A DNA stretch of 64,000 bases from Sulfurimonas sp. (GTDB taxonomy: Bacteria > Campylobacterota > Campylobacteria > Campylobacterales > Sulfurimonadaceae). A program made the translations under genes and the position numbers. Positions 58,877 through 64,000 of this stretch are shown in pieces. Every line of letters starts with the position of its first letter. The first letter of the stretch is position 1. The stretch lies in the NCBI GenBank assembly GCA_030247515.1, contig JAOTSA010000001.1, positions 1,255-65,254 of the forward strand, read 5' to 3'. The notes beneath the pieces are model-generated. The model ran no database searches, had not been told where the DNA came from, and saw only the letters and a list, made by a program, of their open reading frames with translations.

Positions 58877-60700
58877 TTAAAAATAAACATTCAAATAAGC
58901 TTTCAAGCTTCTCTCCTGTTTTTCAACCATTTCTTTGCTTCTCTCTTTATAGTCATAATCAAATCTAAATTGTAAATTTTGCGAAAGTCTGAAACTTTGT
59001 GAAAATTCAAAAATATTTTGAGTTTCACCAATATCGTAATATCTGCTAGTTAGTTCTATTTTTGTGCTTGTTGCACTCCACTTGTCAAGTACAAATCCCA
59101 GTGAGCCACCGATGGCTGATGTAAATCTGCTTCCTGCGTAAAAGAGCGGATCGGTCATGATGTATGTATAGCCAAATTCATTTCCCCAGCTAAAGCCAGC
59201 ACCGATTGTGCCTATAAAATGAGCGGAGTTGTCAAGGGAGTTTCTATCCCATCCAAATTTTGTTCTCCATGACAAGTTGTCGAAAAAGTCGCTTCTTTGG
59301 GCGATGGAGACGATGGAGAGGATGGTGGCATCTTCAAGGGAGAGTTTATCTTCATCACTTGAGAGTTCAAGGCTTAAAAACTCTATCTGTGTTCCACGTA
59401 AAAATCCGTAATTACTATCCTCAAGACTATGATATGCAGGTCTAAACCCAAAAAATCCTAGAGATTTTCCCTCTCTTACTCCTGCACCTAAGGAAGTTCT
59501 TATGGCTTGATGGCTCTCTATAGGATTTGGCGGCGTTTGTATGACGATTTTCTCTCCCATTCCCAGTGCGGCTCTTGCTTTTGAGAGCAAGAAAAAGCGT
59601 TTGAGATAAGCATCTTTTTCTATCTTGCTTTTACTGTAGTTATACTCCAAAAGTTCAATGGATGCTTCCAATATATAACGTTTTTGCTCAAGTTCTATCT
59701 TAGAGGTATCCAGAAAGGCGGCATCCATATCGGAAGCAGCGAGTTTTAGCGGTAGTTCTATGTACTCTTTATGGATAAGTTTTTCATATTGTAAAAGGAT
59801 TGTTCGCTTTGATGGTCTGTAAAAGTGCTTCTTAATAACACCCTCTGCTTTTGTGGCATGTACCGTTTCAAGAGGGATAACTTGAAAAGAAAAATAGCTT
59901 CTAAGGTCAAGCTCAGGACGTGCCGCCTCTAAAAACCAGAGCATATTGTAGGAGCAGTTTTGGGTAAAAAAGTAGTAAAAAGAGTGCGTTTCGTTGAGTT
60001 CCCAGATATGGCGCACCATCCTTAAAACCTCCTCTTCACTCAAGTTTAGGTCATACTCCCAGATGTCTCTCTGTTCAGCGTCTCTATACTCTTTTAGCTT
60101 GTCATAGTAGGGAAGAAGAGAGTATTTGCCAAAGTAGCCGCCAATTAGCCCTTTGATGGCGAAAATCACTCCATTTTCTTTACTTGGGTCTGCATCGGCT
60201 GCATAGTTGATAGCATATGATAAAAGTTTGGAATCGTATGCTGAGTTGATTCGCAAAAATGTATGTCCGAACATGGAAGCAGGAGAGTTGATGTGTGCAG
60301 ATGGAAAAACAAGCGTTGCTGATTTTGGGTCTAATCTATCGAGAATTTTATCATATTCATCACACTTAACCTCTGGAAACTCAATCCCCTCAAGCTGCTC
60401 TTTAAGCCATGCTTTTCTTGCAGGAAAGCGGCATGCAGTAGCGTTGTCATCAAAAGTTGATTCGTTTAAAAGTGCGTCAATGGTGGCATGAAGCTCGCTT
60501 TTGGCATCTGTTTTGCCATTTTGTGCAAGAAAAAATCTCGCATCGTCTATCTCGCTAATCCCATCTTCCATATGAAGAAGAATATGCCAGTATCTGGAGT
60601 TTGCTAAGTGGAGTGTGTCGGCTCTGTTTTTATGTAAAATAGAGGATGCGTCTAAAAAAATAGTAAGAAAGAAAATAGATAAAAAAAATCGGATTAAAAT
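58877..60700 (-). CDS. DUF4105 (Lnb N-terminal-like) domain protein with C-terminal beta-barrel; 5' end uncertain
   Basis: 'CRFPARKAWL', 'ASMFGHTFLRI', 'YYFFTQNCS'. The frame is open to 60709 and encodes a signal-peptide-like N-terminus upstream of the called ATG 60571. Confidence 0.8.
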   Translation of the reverse strand: MLIRFFLSIFFLTIFLDASSILHKNRADTLHLANSRYWHILLHMEDGISEIDDARFFLAQNGKTDAKSELHATIDALLNESTFDDNATACRFPARKAWLKEQLEGIEFPEVKCDEYDKILDRLDPKSATLVFPSAHINSPASMFGHTFLRINSAYDSKLLSYAINYAADADPSKENGVIFAIKGLIGGYFGKYSLLPYYDKLKEYRDAEQRDIWEYDLNLSEEEVLRMVRHIWELNETHSFYYFFTQNCSYNMLWFLEAARPELDLRSYFSFQVIPLETVHATKAEGVIKKHFYRPSKRTILLQYEKLIHKEYIELPLKLAASDMDAAFLDTSKIELEQKRYILEASIELLEYNYSKSKIEKDAYLKRFFLLSKARAALGMGEKIVIQTPPNPIESHQAIRTSLGAGVREGKSLGFFGFRPAYHSLEDSNYGFLRGTQIEFLSLELSSDEDKLSLEDATILSIVSIAQRSDFFDNLSWRTKFGWDRNSLDNSAHFIGTIGAGFSWGNEFGYTYIMTDPLFYAGSRFTSAIGGSLGFVLDKWSATSTKIELTSRYYDIGETQNIFEFSQSFRLSQNLQFRFDYDYKERSKEMVEKQERSLKAYLNVYF

Positions 60701-60730
60701 GAGAAGTTCCTAACATAGAGAGTTGTGTTT

Positions 60731-60754
60731 AACAGATGAGAAAACTCATCTGTT
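60731..60754. terminator. Perfect 10-bp hairpin just downstream of the DUF3015 gene
   Basis: AACAGATGAG-aaaa-CTCATCTGTT. No U-tract in the minus direction, so it may be a stabilising hairpin rather than a terminator. Confidence 0.4.
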
Positions 60755-60762
60755 TTGGTTAC

Positions 60763-61209
60763 TTAAAGTGTAGTAGCCGAGATATTGTCTAGCACATCAG
60801 CCATTTTTGCATTTTGGCTTGTGTAGATACTATTGTAGTTTGCTTGAAGTGCAGTTGCAAAAGTAGCTTTGTCAGATACTTCTAAAAGCTCTGCTAAAGT
60901 ATCAACGCTCTCGCCATGTCCTTGAGCAATCTCTTTTGCAAGTTGATCCATGTTAGAAGCAACAAACTCTTCAGCTCTCTCATTCATAACAAATTGAGCT
61001 TTTTTACATCCAGATGTCCCTGAAGTGATACCAAAAGTCTGATTTGCAGATGTACCGTTCGTTGTTGCTTGAAGAGCCAACATAACTGCAGTCGAATCAT
61101 CTTTAATAACCATTGCACCGAGACCACAACCTGTTTGATTATTGATACCTGCCATTGCAGATGTACTAAGTGCCAAAGCAGCAACAATGCTAACTAAAAT
61201 CTTTTTCAT
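60763..61209 (-). CDS. DUF3015 family exported protein
   Basis: 'TGCGLG', 'TTNGTSANQTFGITSGTSGC', 'MDQLAKEIAQGHGE'. Confidence 0.88.
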   Translation of the reverse strand: MKKILVSIVAALALSTSAMAGINNQTGCGLGAMVIKDDSTAVMLALQATTNGTSANQTFGITSGTSGCKKAQFVMNERAEEFVASNMDQLAKEIAQGHGESVDTLAELLEVSDKATFATALQANYNSIYTSQNAKMADVLDNISATTL

Positions 61210-61269
61210 AAAACGTCCTTTGTGTATATAAGATGCAAGGATTGTAAGATTAATTAGCTTAAGTAAAAA

Positions 61270-61860
61270 TTAGTGTTTATTTAACTCTGCATCTTTCCAG
61301 TACTTTGTTCCTTGAATAGTTGCTTGAAGTGCTAAACCATTTTTAGTAAGTTTATAGAGACGAACCCCAGGGGCAACGGTCTCAGCGGCACTAAGCGAAC
61401 CTCCGCTCTCCTCATATTTTGCGGCGGCATCTGCCTGTGCGTTTGCTTCCCATCCAGAATTTACAAAAGTATCGTACGCTTTTTTGTTTTCAAAGAGAAA
61501 AACAGCTCTAAAATCTTTGACACCAAGCCCAAGCCCAACTCCGCCTGAAGCCATGTTCATGTAAGTATTTATGCCTGTTCTGTTGTTATGTGCCATTCCC
61601 CCGCCACCCTCGGCAGAAAAAAGAACAAGATTGACCCCGATGTTACTAAAAGTTGCATATCCATAAGAGCGAAGAACCATATCTTTTGCTTCTGGTGCGT
61701 ATTTGTAGAGAAGTTGCAGTGTCTCTTGGCTTGTTTTGATACGCTCAACTCTCTCTTGACGATTCTCTTCTTTTATCTCTTTTGGACTTTTGCCAGACCA
61801 AAAACCGCTAAATAACATGACTGCAAACGCTAAAATTACTACTAATTTGAAATGTTGCAT
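61270..61860 (-). CDS. YSC84/SYLF lipid-binding domain exported protein
   Basis: 'AEGGGG', 'MASGGVGLGLGVKDFRAVFLF', 'GLALQATIQGTKY'. Confidence 0.85.
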   Translation of the reverse strand: MQHFKLVVILAFAVMLFSGFWSGKSPKEIKEENRQERVERIKTSQETLQLLYKYAPEAKDMVLRSYGYATFSNIGVNLVLFSAEGGGGMAHNNRTGINTYMNMASGGVGLGLGVKDFRAVFLFENKKAYDTFVNSGWEANAQADAAAKYEESGGSLSAAETVAPGVRLYKLTKNGLALQATIQGTKYWKDAELNKH

Positions 61861-61926
61861 AAAAAACCCCGCTCTATTTGTTGCAATAATGATACCATAA
61901 ACTTAAATTTTAACAAGGATATTGCA

Positions 61927-62661
61927 ATGTTAGAGAGAGGGTGGATTGATTTCCCATTTAAAAATATACCGCTTACATTAGATGATTTCTCTCTCTCTTT
62001 AAAAATTGTACAGCTCTGTGATTTGCATATTACGCCAAAAGTGGGTTTGCATCATCTTGAAGAGATGGTAGAACAGGTTAACCAAATCAACCCCGACCTT
62101 GTTGTTTTTACGGGGGATATTTTACAAAGCCCAGCACACAAAGTACAAAAACAGCTAGAGAGTTTTAGAGCTTTAAGAGCAAAATCCTACTATGTGACGG
62201 GCAATCATGACATAGTTTATGGCGCAAAAAATCTCCAAAGTATCATGCAAAAGAGCGGTGTGGAGCTTTTGGACAACAGAGTTGTGCATCTTGATATACA
62301 AGGAGCAAAACTCCAACTGGTGGGGCTTAGCGACAGATACAGCTTTATGCGTGGGGTCAAAAGAGAGACAAAGGAACTCTTTGCATCTTTGCATCCAGAG
62401 TTGCCAACGATTCTTCTTGCGCATCAGCCAAAAGATGTGCGTCTTATAGGAGAGAGCCGTGTGGATTTGCAGTTGAGCGGACATACGCATGGCGGGCAGA
62501 TTTACCCGTTTTCACTCCTTGTCAAGCTGGCACAGCCATACTTTAGCGGACTTTACCGACACAATAAAACAACGCTTTATGTTAGTAACGGCATAGGTTA
62601 TTGGGGAGTACAAATCAGATACAAAGCACCCAGAGAGATAACGGTGTTAACGATTAATTAG
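61927..62661 (+). CDS. Calcineurin-like metallophosphoesterase (YkuE-like)
   Basis: 'DLH', 'TGD', 'GNHD', 'LAHQP', 'SGHTHGGQ'. Start uncertain (ATG 61927). Confidence 0.9.
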   Translation: MLERGWIDFPFKNIPLTLDDFSLSLKIVQLCDLHITPKVGLHHLEEMVEQVNQINPDLVVFTGDILQSPAHKVQKQLESFRALRAKSYYVTGNHDIVYGAKNLQSIMQKSGVELLDNRVVHLDIQGAKLQLVGLSDRYSFMRGVKRETKELFASLHPELPTILLAHQPKDVRLIGESRVDLQLSGHTHGGQIYPFSLLVKLAQPYFSGLYRHNKTTLYVSNGIGYWGVQIRYKAPREITVLTIN

Positions 62662-62729
62662 CAAAGATAGCGCATAATAAATTTTTATTTCACAGATGTT
62701 ACGAGATTTATTATTTCAAGGAATTTATT

Positions 62730-63200
62730 ATGCGCAAATTGCTCTTCTTTTTTTCTCTCTGTTTTTCGGTTTTAAATGCCGATTTTTTACATGTTGATTC
62801 TCCAAGTGCGAGGCTTAGTGATTTTGTTTACAAAACTCCAAATGATGCAGTTGTTAAAATCCCAAAAGATGTCAAAATTATCATCGCCTCTTTTGAAAAA
62901 GAGACGGGTGCGCTTGTTAATGAATTCCTTCAGAACCAACATGTAACATATCTGGTAGGTCATAGTGCGGTTTTTATAGCAGATATCACCAAGATGCCCT
63001 CCGTCATTACGACTATGTTCGCCATCCCAAAACTCAAAAAATATAAGCATCCCATCCATTTAAACTACAGCGAAGGGTTTGGTACAGTCGTTCCCGCCAA
63101 AGAGGACAAGGTTACACTTCTTTTTGTAGAAAATGGCAAAATCAAAGAGATTCGCTATGTCGCTACAAAAGAAGAACTCAGAGCGGCGATTGAAAAGTGA
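62730..63200 (+). CDS. Exported conserved hypothetical protein (thioredoxin-like fold suspected)
   Basis: Signal peptide; 'FIADITKMPSVITTMFAIPKLK' conserved-looking motif; upstream of an ABC permease. Confidence 0.65.
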   Translation: MRKLLFFFSLCFSVLNADFLHVDSPSARLSDFVYKTPNDAVVKIPKDVKIIIASFEKETGALVNEFLQNQHVTYLVGHSAVFIADITKMPSVITTMFAIPKLKKYKHPIHLNYSEGFGTVVPAKEDKVTLLFVENGKIKEIRYVATKEELRAAIEK

Positions 63201-64000
63201 TAGCACTCAAAGCCATTCGCAAAAACCCTTTTAAAAGTCTGTTGATATTCTCCTCCATTACCATTGCGGTAATGGCTATTTTTCTCATCAGCTCCGTTTC
63301 ACAGGGCGTTATCGGGATGTACTCAAAGATGATTAAAACGGATGGAGATATCATCATCACGCAAAAAGGGATTTCGGATACTTTTTTTTCAAATGTAGAT
63401 ATCTCTTTGATGGATAAAATAGATAAACTCGAATATGTAAGTTCAAGCTATGCCATGACAGTAGGTGCTTCTCCCATCGGACATATCCCCATTGCGGGCA
63501 TTTACGGAACTACCGCTAACCATTTTTCGCACTATAAACTCTTGAATGGAAGCTACCCTAAAGAGGGTGAAGTAATTTTAGGCGAAAATCTCGCAAAGCA
63601 GTTTAAGACAAAAAGTATCGCTATCGGAAACAAAAATTTTGAAATATCTGGTACTTACAGCAGTGAAATAGGTTTTGAAGAGGGCGGTGTCGTTATGAAC
63701 ATAACAGACGCAGGCAAGCTTTTTAACCGCTCCGCTTCCTTTATCTTGGTTTCATCAAGTTCGCCAAATGAAATAGATGGGATTGTTCCAAAAATCTCTC
63801 AATTGGATGGTGAAATAGAGGTAAAAACAACACAGAATTTTGTCAAAGAGTACAATCAGTTTAAAATCATCGAAAACTCCTCTTTTGTTATCTCCACACT
63901 TGCTTTTGCTATGGGTTTGATGGGGATTGCTTCGGTGATGAGTATGATTGTAAACTCCCGCAAGGAGGAGTTTGGTATCATGCGTGCGCTTGGCAAGAGT
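63197..64000 (+). CDS. MacB/FtsX-like ABC transporter permease (partial, runs off the right edge; absent from the ORF track)
   Basis: GTG at 63197 gives MIALKAIRKNPFKSLLIFSSITIAVM..., a MacB periplasmic core, and 'SRKEEFGIMRALG'. Confidence 0.88.
   Translation, partial: MIALKAIRKNPFKSLLIFSSITIAVMAIFLISSVSQGVIGMYSKMIKTDGDIIITQKGISDTFFSNVDISLMDKIDKLEYVSSSYAMTVGASPIGHIPIAGIYGTTANHFSHYKLLNGSYPKEGEVILGENLAKQFKTKSIAIGNKNFEISGTYSSEIGFEEGGVVMNITDAGKLFNRSASFILVSSSSPNEIDGIVPKISQLDGEIEVKTTQNFVKEYNQFKIIENSSFVISTLAFAMGLMGIASVMSMIVNSRKEEFGIMRALGKS

Overview
AT-rich chromosomal window from a Campylobacterota bacterium, most likely Sulfurimonas-like. This is inferred from protein style and from the Campylobacter-type gene orders TPR-rnhA-rnc-aroC and murB-fliQ-mqnD / recA-eno. 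Housekeeping blocks flank two large accessory loci. (1) A roughly 21 kb, apparently single operon (10141-31410) encodes a complete but re-engineered Pel exopolysaccharide system: pelC-D-E-F-G, two pelA paralogues (one hydrolase-degenerate and frameshifted), and a pelB split into two genes. It is headed by three genes that are not part of the canonical P. aeruginosa pel operon: a CotH-family kinase lipoprotein, an orphan Pycsar-effector/DUF3616 beta-propeller fusion, and an OprP-like porin carrying a SPOR-like domain on a long charged helix. The same 4-Cys SPOR-like module occurs twice on the PelB barrel protein. A DinJ/YafQ toxin-antitoxin pair and a convergent GalE with a Cys gatekeeper (likely UDP-GalNAc supplier) close the locus. 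(2) A full type II secretion cluster (G-H-F-K-L-M-N-C-D-E-I-J). Also present: two copies of a cloverleaf CGTC-type REP/MITE element, nifS-nifU, moaC/mobA, ompA, leuC and recA-eno. Three single-base frame anomalies may be assembly errors or real slippage. No rRNA, tRNA, CRISPR array or transposase was seen. All family assignments come from motif recognition by eye, not database searches.
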